64,000 nt of DNA from assembly GCF_009914755.1 (NCBI RefSeq), contig NC_060942.1; one strand, given 5' to 3'. A model generated the notes under the pieces. That model worked only from the letters and a program-made list of their open reading frames with translations, had not been told where the DNA came from and ran no database searches. The translations under genes and the position numbers were made by a program. How positions within the stretch are numbered: position 1 is the stretch's first letter; every line of letters begins with the position of its first letter. This DNA is from the human T2T-CHM13v2.0 reference genome, Homo sapiens. Below, piece after piece: positions 1 through 23,554 of the stretch.

Positions 1-376
1 AGTTTTAATTGAAAAAGTTGACATGTTTATTTGGCTTATATTTCTTTCCAATTGCTTGTTTCCTTTATGAAGAGAGGCAGTTGGCATTTCAGTAAATTAT
101 TTTTAAAAGTCCTTTATCCTTTATATTTTTTCCTCTGCTTTCTATTTTCAACAAGATGATCAAATCCATCCACATTATTTTCTATGTAGCCATGTTTATT
201 TAGAGGTATTTTAAGTACACAAAATATTTCCACGAATATACATGGTACATCTTATCTTTTAAAGACTAAATTTGAGAAGGTAAAAATCTTTGCTCCACTA
301 TTTCTAAAATATATTGCCCCTAGATACCAGTGTTGAAGTTCTCAGAATTCATATTTAATCATCACTGTAGCTCAAA

Positions 377-717
377 ATATATATATATAAGATATATATG
401 TATATATATAAGATATATATGTATATATATAAGATATATATGTATATATATAAGATATATATGTATATATATAAGATATATATGTATATATATAAGATAT
501 ATATTATATATAAGATATATATGTATATATAAGATATATATGTGTATATATAAGATATATATGTATATATAAGATATATATGTGTATATATCTTATATAT
601 ATGTATATATAAGATATATATGTGTATATATAAGATATATATGTATATATATGATATATATGTATATATATGATATATATGTATATATATATAAGATATA
701 TATATATGTATATATAC
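377..717. repeat. AT-rich minisatellite, ~21-bp unit TATATATATAAGATATATATG
   Basis: Tandem units visible directly; they produce the IYIRYIC heptad in the spurious ORFs. Confidence 0.95.
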
Positions 718-785
718 ACTGCTGCAGACAAGGCCAGTTGCAGATATAGCCTCACTGTGTAACTTGTCTATGCAAAACATAGTTA

Positions 786-1154
<369 letters not shown>

Positions 1155-1178
1155 TTATATTTTAAGATAGTTTATTAT

Positions 1179-1243
1179 CCAGGCATGGTAGCTCATGCCT
1201 ATAATCCCAGCACCCTGAGAGGCCAAGGCGGGTGGATTGCTTG
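1179..1243 (+). mobile_element. Alu 5' fragment
   Basis: Left-arm start, ends abruptly at gcttg. Confidence 0.8.
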
Positions 1244-1853
1244 CAAATATGAAGAGTAGGAGATTTTCAGTTATTTGATTTTCTCAATTGCTTGCACTCC
1301 AAATAAATAGGAGTTTTGCACATTTTGCATTAAACAGGCAAGTGGGACAGGAAGAAATACATTCATAGTGATGAAGGATTGGCGTTTGTGAAAGATAGAA
1401 ACACGAAGAAATAAACACATAAGTTTACAAACTATTCATATTTATAAATATGAGAATTCATATTCCAGTTTCGGAATGGATATCAGTATTCATTATTCCG
1501 TTGCTCTCTATTAAAAACTAATGACCAGATTTTTAAACTGAAGCACTCCAAAAGATTTAAAATGTTAATTAAAAGAACTTTTTATGTTTTTTGTAATTAA
1601 AAGACAAATATAGGTATTTCACTAAGACATTTATTTTAAACTTCATAACTTAAATGGAATAAAACATCAGAGTGAGTTGTTGGATGAATATAATCCTAAT
1701 AGTTAATATTTATAATTCTAATGACTATTTATTATATTTATCAAGATTTAGTAAAGCCTATGTGCCTTGTACAGTTCTAGATTTTATCTGATTATCTCAT
1801 TTTACTTAAGATAATCCACTGACATATCTCAATTTTACAGATAAAGATGATGA

Positions 1854-2232
<379 letters not shown>

Positions 2233-2774
2233 GACAGAACATAATTTTAACTTGGGTCTCTGACTTCATAATCTGTGAATTTCCATGTGTTTGTGTGTAT
2301 TCATGTGTGTGTGAATATACAAGTAAAGAATTTGTATTATTTTTAATTGTATTAAAAGAGGAAGCTAGGAAGATATTCCCTTCTCTGGTATCAAATATAA
2401 ACCACCAAAGACTTATACTTTTAAGGGATTTTAAAAAACATATGGTGTATATATTCACATTGTATACCTCATGAGTATATCTATTTTTTTGGTGTTTTTT
2501 TGCCCCCTTGACAGAATATGGCTCTTTTATTTTAATAGAAGTATGTTATTCTTCTACATTAATCCTTCTACAGCATCTATTATAATACATGATAGAAGTA
2601 TGAAAAATTTTGAAAATCTGAAGCATCTCTGTGTGGCTAAGAAATCAAGTTTAGACATGCTGTAAAGCACCCTAAATGACTCACAAATAGCAGTTTTAAA
2701 TTCATTTTGACATTTTAACATTTCATTTATTTATTTATTTTTAACCAACCTGGAAGATTGGAACTATTTCATTT

Positions 2775-2935
2775 ATTTTAAGGGATAGGGTCTTTCTATA
2801 TTGCCCAGGATGGAATGCAGTAGCTATTCACAGCCACGATCATTGCTCTCTACACCCTTGAACTCCTGGGCTCAAGTGATCTTACTGATTCAGCCTCTGG
2901 GTAGCTGGGACTGCAGGCGTGTGCCACGGTGCCCA
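2775..2935 (-). mobile_element. FRAM/AluJ monomer
   Basis: Diverged right-arm Alu sequence. Confidence 0.75.
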
Positions 2936-3044
2936 TTAATATTTTATTTTTATTAAAACTATACATTTATCTAATTTTTAAGGTCAAATAGCTTTATGGG
3001 GCTTAAATAAAAAATAGTGGTCTTTAGATCCATCCTAGAGTAGC

Positions 3045-3436
3045 CCTGATAATGTGCCTCTCATTTCTCCAACAGCAGGGAACATAATTGACAGTCTACT
3101 GTGGGCTCTGAAATCCATTGCTGCCATGCACACTGGGGCCATTCTTCCTACAGGCTGCTCCTAACTAACAACTGAGTATAACAGACATACTAAGGAAGGC
3201 TCATTCCTGGAAGACAGGGCTCCTCTGGCCAATAGCTTTAGTTCAAGGATTTTGCAATGTGCTTGCTGACCTTTCTTTAGATTTTGATTACAGACTATGA
3301 AACTTCTCTCCTTCACTCACATAGACATGCACAGAGGTCTGATGGCTCTCCAAGCCTCCCTCAGCTTCCTGTTTATGTTCTCTCACATCTAATTCCTTCT
3401 TGGCATATGCTTCTTAAAGGACCTGGATTAATATAC
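3045..3436 (+). mobile_element. LTR16-like ERVL solo LTR
   Basis: Shares motifs (cataattgac, ctctgaaatc, ttcctggaagac) with the LTRs at 47.6 and 49.1 kb. Confidence 0.6.
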
Positions 3437-3949
3437 ACCCTGCACATAATTTTTGGTTAGCAATATACAGTATTTAAACTGTGTTAATTATTCACATCTA
3501 ATTTATGGTGTATTATGATTGCACTTTTCATAATTCTTTGCCTTTCTTCTAGTTAATTATTGCCTTGCTTATTTGCTTAATTTTCTGTATACCTATATTA
3601 TATTATTTCTTTCCTGATAAATTCACACACATTGATTTATCTATAAATTTCAACTTTTCCTTGGAGACATCCCTCTTTAAGCCTGCTATCCTCCTACTTC
3701 CATTTGGACTAATTTCCATTATGCCTAGTGAACTCTAATCATCATCTGCCTGGTAATTTTCTTTGTCTCTTTTCTATGAAACTTGTATGATCGAAAACAT
3801 CTTTACTTTCCTCTTCTTCCACTTGACTGTTGCTTTGGCTGGGTATAAAATGTTAATTTAGAAGTAATTCTCCCTCAGATTTTTGAGGGCATGCTCCATT
3901 GTCTTCTACCATCCAAGGTTACTGTTGAGAAGTCCAGTGCTATTCTGAT

Positions 3950-4139
3950 TTTTTTTGAGACAGAGTTTCACTCTTGTCACCCAGGCTGGAGTGCAATGGC
4001 ACGATCTCGGCTCACTGAAACCTCCGCCTCCTGGGTTGGCCAGGCTGACCAGGAGGGTTGGCCTCCTGACCTCAAGTGAGCCACCCACCTTGGCCTCCCA
4101 AAGTGCTGGGATCACAGGCATGAGCCACTGTGCCCAGCC
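3950..4139 (-). mobile_element. Alu with internal deletion and short templated insert
   Basis: Alu ends present, middle missing; TSD ctattctgatt. Confidence 0.9.
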
Positions 4140-4307
4140 CTATTCTGATTCTTGACGCTTTTGTTTTTCAATTCTCTGGAAGATTTTAGGATTTTTTTCT
4201 TTGTCCTCATTGTTTTAAAATTTAACAAGGTTGTCCCTTGATCTGGATGTTTTGCTTCCTTTATAAGTGGCTCCATTGGCCTTCTTATATTGTGTTTTGC
4301 TTTTTAA

Positions 4308-7760
<3,453 letters not shown>

Positions 7761-8723
7761 CTTCACTGGTGTTTTGGTTCATTTACATTTAATGTAATTA
7801 CTGTTATTTTAGGACTTAAATCTACCATTTTATTTTTTGTTTATTTTTATTTTTGTTTCTCTTTTTTAATTCTTTCCCTATAGGTTACTTGAACATTTTT
7901 TAAAATTCCATTTTTATTTATCTGTGGTATGTTTAGTCCCAGATGAAGAAATCGCTTTTTAAAATTAATTTTTGATACATAATAGTTGCACTTATCTGTG
8001 GGGTACATGTGATATTTTGATCATGTATACGATATGTAATGATCAAATCAGGGTGTGCAGGATATCCATCGCCTTAAGCACTTACTGTTTCTTTGAGCTA
8101 AGAACATTTCAAATCTGTTCTTCTAGCTATTTTGAAATATACAACATATTATTAACTATAGTCACCTTACTGTGCTATTGAACAGTAGAGCTTATTCTTT
8201 CTATCTAATGGTATGTTTGTACCCATCAACCATCTCTTCATACCCTTCTCCACTTTTCCCAGCCTCTGGAACTATCATACTACTCTCTACATCCATGATA
8301 TTAACATTTTTAGCATCCATATATGAGTAAGAACATGTGATATTTATCTTTCTCACCCTGGCTTATTTCATTTAACATAATGATTATCCATGTTGCTGCA
8401 AATAATAAGATTACATTCTTTTTATGGCTAAATGGCATTTCATTGTGTATATATATATCACATTTTCTTTATCCATTTATCTGTTGATGAACACTTAGGT
8501 TGAATCTATATCTCAGCTATTATGAATAGTGCTGCAATAAACGTGGGGGTACAGTTATCCCTTTGACATACTGATTTCCTTTCCTTTGATAAATATCCAG
8601 TAGCGAGATTGCTGGATCATATGTAGTTCTATTTTTAGTTTTTTTGAGAAACCTCCATATTGTTTTCCATAGTAACTGTACGAATTTGCATTCCCACCAA
8701 CAGTGTATAAGAATTCTCTTTTC

Positions 8724-9108
<385 letters not shown>

Positions 9109-10173
9109 TTATCTGATGATTAGTAATATTGAGCATTTTTTATATACCTGTTGGCTATTTGTATGTCTTCCTTTGAGAAATGTCTATTCAGATCCTTTGC
9201 CTCTTTTTAATTAAATTATTATTATTATATGTTGTTATTTTGCTGTTGAGTTGTTCGAGTTCCTTGTATATTCTGGATATTAATCCCTTGTCAGATAAAT
9301 AGTTTGCAAATATTTTCTCCCATTCTACAGGATGTCTTTTCACTCTGTTGACTATTTATTTGCTATTCAGAACTGTTTTACTTAATATAGTCTCATTTGT
9401 CTATTTTTGTTTCTGTTGCCTATAGTTTTGAAGTCTTAGTCACAAAATTTTTGCCTAGATCAATATCCTGAAGCATTTTCCCTATGCTTTCTTCTAGTAG
9501 TTTTACAGTGTCATGTTGTACATTAAAATCCATTTTTATTTTTTTATATGGTGAGAGACAGGGAATCTACTTTCATTTTTCTGCATATGGATATCCAGTT
9601 TTCCCAGCACCATGTATTAAAGAGGGTATCTTTTCCCCATTGAAGGTTCTTCGTGCCTTTGTCAAAAATTAGTTGACTGTAAATGTGTGGATTTTCTGGA
9701 TTTTCTATTCTGTTCCATTGGTTTATGTGTCTGTTTTTAATGCCAGCACCATGCTGATTTGGTTACTATAGACTTGTAGTATATTTTTAAGTCAGGTAAT
9801 ATGATGCCTCCAGCTTTATTCTTTTTACTTAGTATTGCTTTGGCTATTTGGGCTCCATACAAATTTTAGGATTGTTGTTTCTATTTCTGTGAAGAATATC
9901 ATTGGTATTTTGATGGTGATTACATTGAATTGTAAATTGCTTTGGGTAATATGATTATTTTAACAATATTAATTCTCCCATTCCATGAGCATGTGTCCTT
10001 TTTAATTGTTTTCATTAGTGTTCTATAATTTTCATTGTAGAGGTCTTTAACCTCCTTGGTTAAATTTATTCCTAGCTACTTAATTTTTGTTTCAGCTATT
10101 GTAAATGGGGCTGCCTTCTTGATTTCTTTTATAGCTAGTTCATTATTGGTGTATAGAAATGCTACTGATTCTT

Positions 10174-10476
<303 letters not shown>

Positions 10477-12199
10477 AAATGCTACTGATTCTAGTGTGCT
10501 GATTTTGTATTCTGCAACTGTACTGAATTTGTTCATCAGCTCAAAAGAGTTTTTGGTGGAGTCTTTGGATTTTTCTATATATAAGATCATGTTTTCTGCA
10601 AAGAGGCAATTTGACTTCCTCTTTTCCAATTTGGTTGACTTTTATTTCTTTCTCTTGCTTGATTACTCTGGCAAGGACTTAAAATACTATGTTGAATAAA
10701 TGTAGTGAAAGTGGACATTTTTGTCTTGTTTCAGTTCTTGATGGAAAGGCTTTCAGCTTTTTCCCATTCAGCACGATGTTAGCTGTGAGTTTGTCATATA
10801 TGACCTTTATTATTTTGAGGTATGTTCTTTCTATGCCTAATTTGTTGAGAGTTTTTATCATGAAGGGATGTTGAATTTTATCAAGGCCTTTTCTGTGTCT
10901 ACTGAGATGATCATATGGCTTTTGTCCTTCATTCTTTTGATGTGATGTATCACAGTTATTGATTTGCATATGTATTGATAATGCATTGATTTGCATATCA
11001 TCCTTGCATCCCTGGGATAAATCTCACTCAATCCTGGTGTATCATCTTTTTAATGTGTTGTTGGATTTGGTTTGCTAGTATTTTGTTGAGGGTGTTTGCA
11101 TCTACGTTCATCAGGAATATTGGCTTGTAGTTTTTTGTTATTGTGTCCCTGTCTGGTTTTAGTGCCTGGGTAATGCTGGTCTTGTGAATGAGTTAGGAAG
11201 AGAACTACCTCCTCTTCAAGTTTTTGGAATACTTTGAGAAAAATTGTTGTTAATTTTTTATAACTTTGGTAAAATTTTCATAACTTTGGTAGACTTTTTA
11301 TTACTAATTCAATCTTGTTACTTGTTATTGGATTTTTCAGGTTTTCTATTTCTTCCTGGTTGAATCTTGATAGGTTGTATGTGTTCAGGAATTTATTCAT
11401 TTCCCATCGATTTTCCAATTTATTACCATATAGTTATTCATAATAGTTTAATGATCCTTTGTATTTTTGTGGTATCAGTTATAATGCCTCCTTTTTTGTT
11501 TCTGATTTTATTTATTTGGAAATTCTTTCTTGTCTTGGTTAGTCTAGCTAACAGCTTATCGATTTTACTTATTTTTTCAAAAAAACAACTTTTAATTTCA
11601 TTGATCCTTTGTATTGGTTTTTAGTCTCTATGTGGTTTAGTTTTTCTCTGATCTTTATTATTTCTTTCCTTCTTATAATTTGGGGTTTGGTTTGTTCTTG
11701 CTTTTCTAGCCCCTTGAGGTGCATTGTTGGTTGTTTATGTGAAACCTTTTTACTTTTTTGATGTAGGTATTTATTGCTGCCTACATCAAAAAGGTATTTA
11801 TTGTTACCTGTTCTTAGTGCTACTTTTAATGTATCCCATAGGCTTTGGTATGTTGTGTTTCCATTTTCATTTGTTTCAAGAAATTTTTTGACTTCTGTTC
11901 AGGAACATGTCATTTAATTTCCATTATTTGTACACTTTTCAAAGGTCAGCTTTTAATTGGTTTCTATTTTTATTCCATTGTGATCTGAGAAGATGCTTGA
12001 TATGATTGCTGTGATTTTGATTTTAAAAATTTGTTGAGACTTGTTTTGCGGCCTAAAATATGCTTTATCTTGGAAAATGTTCCATGTGCTGATGAGAAGA
12101 AGGTTCTGCAGCTATAGGATAAAATGTTCTCTAAATGTCTGTTAGGTCCATTTGGTCTAAAGTCCAGTTTAAATCCAATCTTTCTTTCTTGACTTTCTT

Positions 12200-12257
12200 T
12201 CCCATCTCGGCTTCCCAAAGTGCTGGGATTACAGGCGTGAGCCACTGCACCTGGCCT
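12200..12257 (-). mobile_element. Alu 5' remnant at an L1 deletion junction
   Basis: Only the first ~57 bp of an Alu remain; L1 sequence jumps across it. Confidence 0.75.
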
Positions 12258-12920
12258 CTTTCAGCACTTTGAGTATATCATCCCATTCTCTCTTAGCCTG
12301 TAAGGTTTTTGCTTAGAAATCCAGTTAGTCTAATAAGGATTCCCTTATATGTAACTTGATGCTTTTCTCTTGCTCTTTTTAGAATCCTTTCTTTGTCTTT
12401 GACTTTTGACAGTTTGACTATAATATGCCTTAGAGAAGACCTTTGGGGATTGAATCTATCTGGAGATATTTGAGCTTTCTGTATCTAGATGTCTAGATCT
12501 CTTGCTTGACTTGGGAAGTTTCAGCTATTATTTCATTAAATGGGTTTTCTATGACTTTGCCTATCTCTTCTCTTTTTGGAACCTCCAAAATTAAAATATT
12601 TGGTCACTTTATAATGTCTCGTATGTGATGTCATGTAGGCTTTCTTCATTTCTTCTTCTTCTTGACTAGGTTATTTAAAAAAAAAAACTGTCTTCAAGGT
12701 TAGAAATTCTTTAAATTTTTCTGCATAATCTAATCTATTGTTGAAGCACTTAGTTGTATTTTTTATTTCATTCATTAAACTCTTTAGTTCCAAGATTTCT
12801 GTTTGGTTCTTTTTCATGATATCCATTTATTTGTTCAATCTCTCATTTAGATCATTAATTGTTTACTTCATTTCTTTGTATTGTTTATCTATGTTCTCTT
12901 GTATCTCAATGTTTCTTTAA

Positions 12921-13448
<528 letters not shown>

Positions 13449-15719
13449 GGTCTTGAACTCCTGGGCTCAAGTGATCTTCCCACCTTGGCTTCCCAAAGTG
13501 CTGGGATTATAGGCCACCATTCCTGGCTGAGAATTATTGTTTTCCTCGGGAGGGGTCACATTTCCTTGCTTTTTCATGTTTCTTTTGTCCTTACATTGAT
13601 ATCTGCACATCTGGTGTAACAGTTTCTTCTTTCAATTTTATCGATTTTCTTTTATAAGAAAAAACTTTTTCCTACAGATGTATCTATAATGTTGGTTGGG
13701 TAGGGTGCTTTGGCTTTGATTCTTGGTGGGTGCGGTAGTATAGCTTCCATATGATTTCTATGGCTATGATCAGTGTCAGTGGCATCTTTGAGTTCCTCAG
13801 TGATTCGGGCTGTGGTTAATAAAGGCTGTGGTAACGCTTTGCTGAAGATGGGGATGCCAGGTGGTCTAGTCCTCAGGTATCAGTGGTAGTGTCAGTGGCC
13901 CAAGCATCACAGCTGGCTGGCATACGTGGGCACTAGTAGTGGCAGTCATGGGTGGGCCAGTCCTTGGGGTTCCACGCAGCTTGCTTTGGTGACAATGGTG
14001 GCAGTGGTGGGGTAGGCAGGTGGATGGATCCTCAGGCTACTGGGTAGTATGCATGGCATCAGTCATGGCAGCAGTGATGGCAGGCTAACCCTCAGGCCCC
14101 TGAGAAGTACGCGTGGTGTGCCAATGGTGGCAGTGCTGGACTGGGTGGGCCAGTCCCCAAGCCCCCAAGTGGCACATGTGGGTGGGTGCTGCTGGTGATG
14201 GTGGCTGCAGGCTAGGTGGGCCAGTTCCTGGGTCCCCAAGAGGTGTGCATGGTCACCAAGCGGCCTATCCCCAGGACCCCAGACAGTGCACACAGGCAGT
14301 GGTGGTGAATGGGCTGGGACTGTCTTTAGGCCCTGGAAAGGCATGTGAAAGCACTGGCAGTGGTAGATGGGGTGGGTCAATCCCCAGGCCACTGGATGAT
14401 ACTTATGGGCACTGGCAGTGGCAGCAGTGGGTGAGGCAGCTCTGTCCTCAGGCCCTTGGATCGTGCATGTGGGTGCTTGTGGTAGTAAGGAGTGTGGGTT
14501 GATCCCCACGCTCCCAGATGTCATGTACAGATGCTGGCAGAGGTAGGCAGGATGTGTTTATCATCAGGTCACCTGATGGTGTGTATGGGCACCACGCCAG
14601 CACTGGCAGGTGGAGTGGACCTGTCCTTAGGCCCTCAGAAAACATCTTCAGGCATAGGTGGCAGTGGGTAGTGTGGACTTGTCCTCAGGCCCCAAAACAG
14701 AGCCTGGGTAAGGCAGTCTCCAGGCCCCCTGAAGGTTCACGCAGCCTTGTTGCTGGAGGGAATGGCATTGCTGTCAAGGTTAGTGGCCCTGAACAGGTGG
14801 CTCTCAGGCTCTGGGGAACACATGCTTCAGCTTCCTTTATCCTGGGGCCAGTCTCCTTCATGCACTGTACTGCCCATGCCCTAGGGTTTAGGACACTGCA
14901 TGGGCTAGGAGGCTAGGGACCCAACAGCACTGCTGGGTTCTGCCAGTGTCATGATGCTACAGCCCTCTCGGTGGACATGGAGGGATGTCAACCAAGGCTT
15001 CGGGGGCAGGCTTCGGGATATGAAGATACAGGGGCTGCTGGGCCCCAGGACAGGATGTAATCTGGCATGGACTGTGTGCTCAACATCGTACCATGCTGCG
15101 GCTGCTTGGGTTTCAGGGAGTGTGTGAGACCCAGCATGAACTCTCCCTCTGGAACAATCCTGTCATGTGAACTCCAGACAGCTACCTATACTAGTCTCAG
15201 GGCCCATCAGGGCCAAGGGAATTTCCTGTGGCTAGGATTGCAGGAGTCAATAGTGGGAATTTGGACCTTTGGAGACCTCTCACTTACCTTTTCCCCACAA
15301 AGGAGACGTCTTCCTGGCTCCAGGCAGATCCCAGTTGGGCTGGCTGCTTCATTTCCCTCTCTTTGCATGCCTCAGAGATTCCCTGTCATTTCCCTGCTGA
15401 ATTCCACTGTTCTCTCTTAGGAAATCTGTTCAGTGTGTAATTATCTGCTTAGTGTTCGGGTACTTTTTGGTGGAGGAGGCAAGTGCCAGGCTCTTCTAGT
15501 CAGCCATCTTGAAGCCTCCCTCCAGGAATAGCTTTTTAGTGGTTACTCTGGGCATTATATTTTATATATATACAGTTTATCACAGTTTACCCATGTTGAC
15601 AACTGACTATTCAAATAACGTTTAAAAACCATGCTTTTTGTTTATATCTGCTTAACTTCCCCTGTTTTAAATGCAATTGTGTTAAATCTTTCCTCTACAC
15701 ACCTTTGGCGGTGAGACAC

Positions 15720-16333
<614 letters not shown>

Positions 16334-16589
16334 TGGTTCTTGCTTTAGAGCTTTGTTAGATGGGACTAGAGCAGCATTGAGTCTAGAGCTAATTTTGCCC
16401 CACTCTTCAGGCAAAATCTTTCTGTCCAATCCTCTGTGAGTTATGGGGTTTTCCACTGTGGCTATTGGAAAGGAAAGTATTTCCACCAATGTATTAGTTC
16501 TAAGAATTATTCCTTCTAATTTTTTTGTTGCTCTTTCCCCAGCCTCAGGTAGTTTCTGTACAGCATGTGTTATTCCGTGCTCAGTCTAA

Positions 16590-17550
<961 letters not shown>

Positions 17551-18282
17551 CTGGAGTTCCTTCTCTTTGCAGCCCCAGTACTTTTCTTTGTAAACTCTAC
17601 AATCCTGGCCTCCTGAGACTCTCAGATCAGAGAGTCTCCTCCACTCAGGAAGACCAATGGGCTCTGTCTGACTAAGTTCCCTCATCCTGAGCCATGGCTA
17701 GGAAACTCTCTCTAGGTAAACTGGGATAATCATAGGGCTCATCTTACTTGTTTTCCATCTTGCACCGATCACTGTCCTCTGTTACCCATGTCTAATATCT
17801 TCAAACCATTGTTTCATATATTTTGTCTGTTTTTTTTTTTTTTCCAGTTGTTTCAGGTGGGAGGATAAATCTGTTTCCTGTTACTCCATCTTGGCTGGAA
17901 TCAGAATTCCAATGCCATGCTAAGTACTTTTAAATCTTCTTTTCTTTGCTTATACTGTTATCTCTTCTAGAACATCCACTTGGTGAACTTTTTTTAAGGT
18001 CCCAAGGCCAGGTCAAATGTTACCTCCTCTATATATCTTAATCCTGATCTCTAGGAAGAAATAACCATTCCCTTCTTTGTGCTCCCATGGAATTTATTGT
18101 ATTATATTTCTACTATAATATGTGTCACATTTTATCCCAATTGATTGGTTAAGATGTCTGACTTTCCTGTTGGAATGTGAAAGAAAATGGATTTCTATTC
18201 TGCTGACATTGTATGGATCTCAACAAATCAGACCTGTGCTAAGACTGGGACTATACAATGATGAAAAGATATGTTTCCTACT

Positions 18283-19402
<1,120 letters not shown>

Positions 19403-20185
19403 CCTTCCTTTAAGGAATGAATAGACTAGGGAGAGAGCATCCTTTTAGACCAATAAGCCATCACAATGTCATAAGAGACCAGTCTGTATGAGATGCTGTG
19501 CACCGTGTGTAGGAAGAAATATCACAATTTTGTTTCATCTAAAAATGAGGGCTAATTAGGAATCTAAAGTAGGAAGGTATAGGTAAAAGGCTGGCTATAA
19601 GAAATTCTACTTGAATAAAAAAATGGGTGGAAATACAGGGAGATACAGAGAACATGGTGTGTTTGAGGAAGGGCAACTAATTTTAGCATGGCTAGTTCAA
19701 TGCAGTTGTCTTTATTCATTTGCATGTGTAAATGATCAGAAAAACTAACCCAAAGTCACTTCATTCCTTAATATTTATTGAGTGCCTACTCTATGTCATG
19801 TTCTGCTAAGTTCTTAGGCTGCAATGATGAGTAAAATGAGGTCCAGTCCCTGCTCCTATGTAGCTAAATAGTCAACATCAATTGCTGAAGGCCCAAAAGA
19901 GATGGCATATGTAGAACAAAATAGCATCCAGTTATCAAGGCAGGCAAGTAAGTTCTTACGATGAAAACATATGAGGCAGACATTCCAAATGAAATTTTTT
20001 CAGCACATTATTAGTTCACTTCTCATCACAAGTGACCTAGGCATCTGCTCTGTGCTCAGGGAATGCAAACTAATGCTAATATTAGCCACATCAACAAATA
20101 GAAATGAAAGGCAGAAGGAAGGAACTAAAAAAGGAAGGAAGGCAAAACTGCTGCCCCCAAAGGATATTAAAAATATTTTTATTCA

Positions 20186-20481
<296 letters not shown>

Positions 20482-22244
20482 TTATTCTACCTCCTGTTTT
20501 TGTATTACCCATTTTTATTAGTCCATTATATTTAGCTTAAATACTGGCCTAGACGGATACTGAACAGGCTGTTATATTACAGCACTTTCTCTTCTATCTA
20601 TACAGACCTGCATTCATGGAAGGGGGATCTCTTATGGAAAGTTATTTGCAATGCAGCTAAGTTATCCTAAAATAAACAAATCTGGAAGAATAGGGGGCTG
20701 ACAATGATCTGTTAGACCCTGTTACTAAAGAATTGCTGTTATCTGAGCATTGTATGTGCATTTCAAATAACTCTCAGGAGGAGTTTGTATAGCTTTTGTT
20801 TTTTTGTTTTTGTTGTTGTTGCTGTTTAGAGACAGGGTCTCACTATACTGCCCAGGCTAGTCTCGACCTCCTGGACTCAAGTGATCCTCGACCTCCCAAA
20901 GTGCTGGGATTGCAGGCATGAGCCACCACATCTGGCCTTGTGGAGCATTTTTAAAGGGAGAAGAGGAAGAAGAGTTTGATACTTTCTGTCCTCATCTCAG
21001 TGAGATGCCTTTTTTTTTTTTTTTTTTTGGTCTAATGTATTCTTCCTCAAAAGGGCAGAATCCAAGTCAGATGCAGTGCGAGTGAAGGGGTTAGTCTGTT
21101 CTATAAACTGTTAGAGAGATTTAAAAAATAGGCAATCTAATTGACTCATGCATGGCTCACAGCCATATAAATGCTTGCAAAATTGCTTCCTGCACAGTAA
21201 TAGTGACCACAGAGAAGCAGAAGTAAAATGGAAGCGAGCAAGATGAGAGCTCTTAGGAAATCTTTAGCAGGACTTTCAAACTTTTGTTAAACCTTTTGTT
21301 TAACCTTGTGGAGAACTTTCCTTTGGAAAATTAAATGTACTTTCAACAAGCATACTGCAAGTTAAAAGTCACATAATTCACCTACAAAATAAGACCTCAT
21401 TGGTAGCAAATTTCATTTCTAGAAATATATTGTCTTTCAGAACCAACTGAAGAGAAGCAATTTTTTTTTTTCAAGAAGGACTGCGGCTACATTGTTACTA
21501 AGAGATTTGTAATCTGCTTTAAACATGTTACTAAGAAAGAAGTTGACGTAACTACTAAGTTTGCTATTTACATTTAATTAAGGGCATTACTTAAAATGTA
21601 TTTGGGCATTTGAGCTATTAACAATATACACATTTATAACTTTCCTCATATTCGCTTTTAACAAAATCTTTCTTTTGCTGTCTTCTTCAAAACTCCCTGC
21701 CCTTGTATTGATTAGCTTTACCTGTAATTTATTTCCTGGTGTCTCCTTATGCTTTGCTGAAACATGCACCATGCAATTACTCAGCATAATTTGTTTTTTT
21801 GTCCCTTGCCAATCATACACCAAAAAAAAAAAAAAGCATATCTCATCTGTTTGTAGTTTCCTTTTACTACTTAATTAAAAGTAATCAGCTGAAAGATTAT
21901 ACTGAAATTAATCTCTAAATTCATTGGTTGGTCACCAACTCGGAGGTAGGAAATAATTTTTTCCATGTAAAACTTCCTTCTAAAAGCCTGAGTTGCAGTA
22001 ACAATAACAATATAGTTGCACAATATGTAAACAATTATCTCCTGAGTTACAAAAATATTTTTCAGGCATCCACTTGAACTTTTATAATTTATGTCATTAC
22101 CCTCCTTGTTGGCTTCCAAATAATAATTTATAAGAATTTTATGTATCATCATTTTGAGTCAAAATGAAAGCCTGAATTTCCTTTAGAAACTAAGAAAAAC
22201 TAATTTATTATTAAGGTGATTTTGTTTTTGTTGTTGTTTTAATG

Positions 22245-22537
22245 TTTTGAGACAAGTTCTCAGTCTGTTACTCGGGCTGGAGTGCAGTGACACAATCTTG
22301 GCCCTCTGCAACCTCTGCCCCCAGGCTCAATCAATCCTCCCACCTCAGCCCCTTGATTAGCTAGGACCACAGGCGTGTACTAGCATGCCCAGCTATTTTT
22401 TTTTTTTTTTGTATTTTTAGTAGAGATGGGGTCTCACCGTGTTGCCCAGGCTGGTCTTGAACTCCTGAACTCAAGCTATCCGCCCGCCTCAGCCTCCCAA
22501 AGTGCTGGGATTACAGGTGTGAGCCACCGCGCCCCAC
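22245..22537 (-). mobile_element. AluJ-like
   Basis: Diverged Alu consensus. Confidence 0.88.
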
Positions 22538-22818
22538 CAGTGATTTTATTTTTGGTGTTTCATGGTTTACTTAGGAAACTAAAACATTTTATGTATGTGT
22601 TTATGTGACTACTAAATTATGACATCAACTGATAAAAGAGTTGAACCATTCTAAGAGAATAAAAGTTTAACTTAAGTCCTGTATTTAAGTTCTTTTAATT
22701 CCATCATTAAAATTATGTGTGTGTGTATGTGTGTGTGTGTGTGTAAACACACATACAAAGCAGGAGAAAAATATTCATTCTCAATATACTCTATTTCTTA
22801 TCTAGAAGATGGATTCTC

Positions 22819-23470
<652 letters not shown>

Positions 23471-23554
23471 CCCCAAGATGGATGGATTATCTTTTAGGAG
23501 AAATCTTTTTTTGAATAAAGTTTACTGAGAATCCATTGAAAAGTCTTAGTCCCC

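Noticed and set aside
1338-1415. Plus-strand terminal-exon-like segment (KWDRKKYIHSDEGLAFVKDRNTKK*, then AATAAA)
   Set aside because: Short, no supporting exon chain, and plausible by chance in AT-rich DNA
14063-15440. Cluster of 117-153 aa ORFs
   Set aside because: Lies in the GC-rich 5' region of the L1, where stops are scarce
21142-21172. AP-1 site plus TATAAAT as a plus-strand promoter
   Set aside because: Short common motifs with no downstream gene structure
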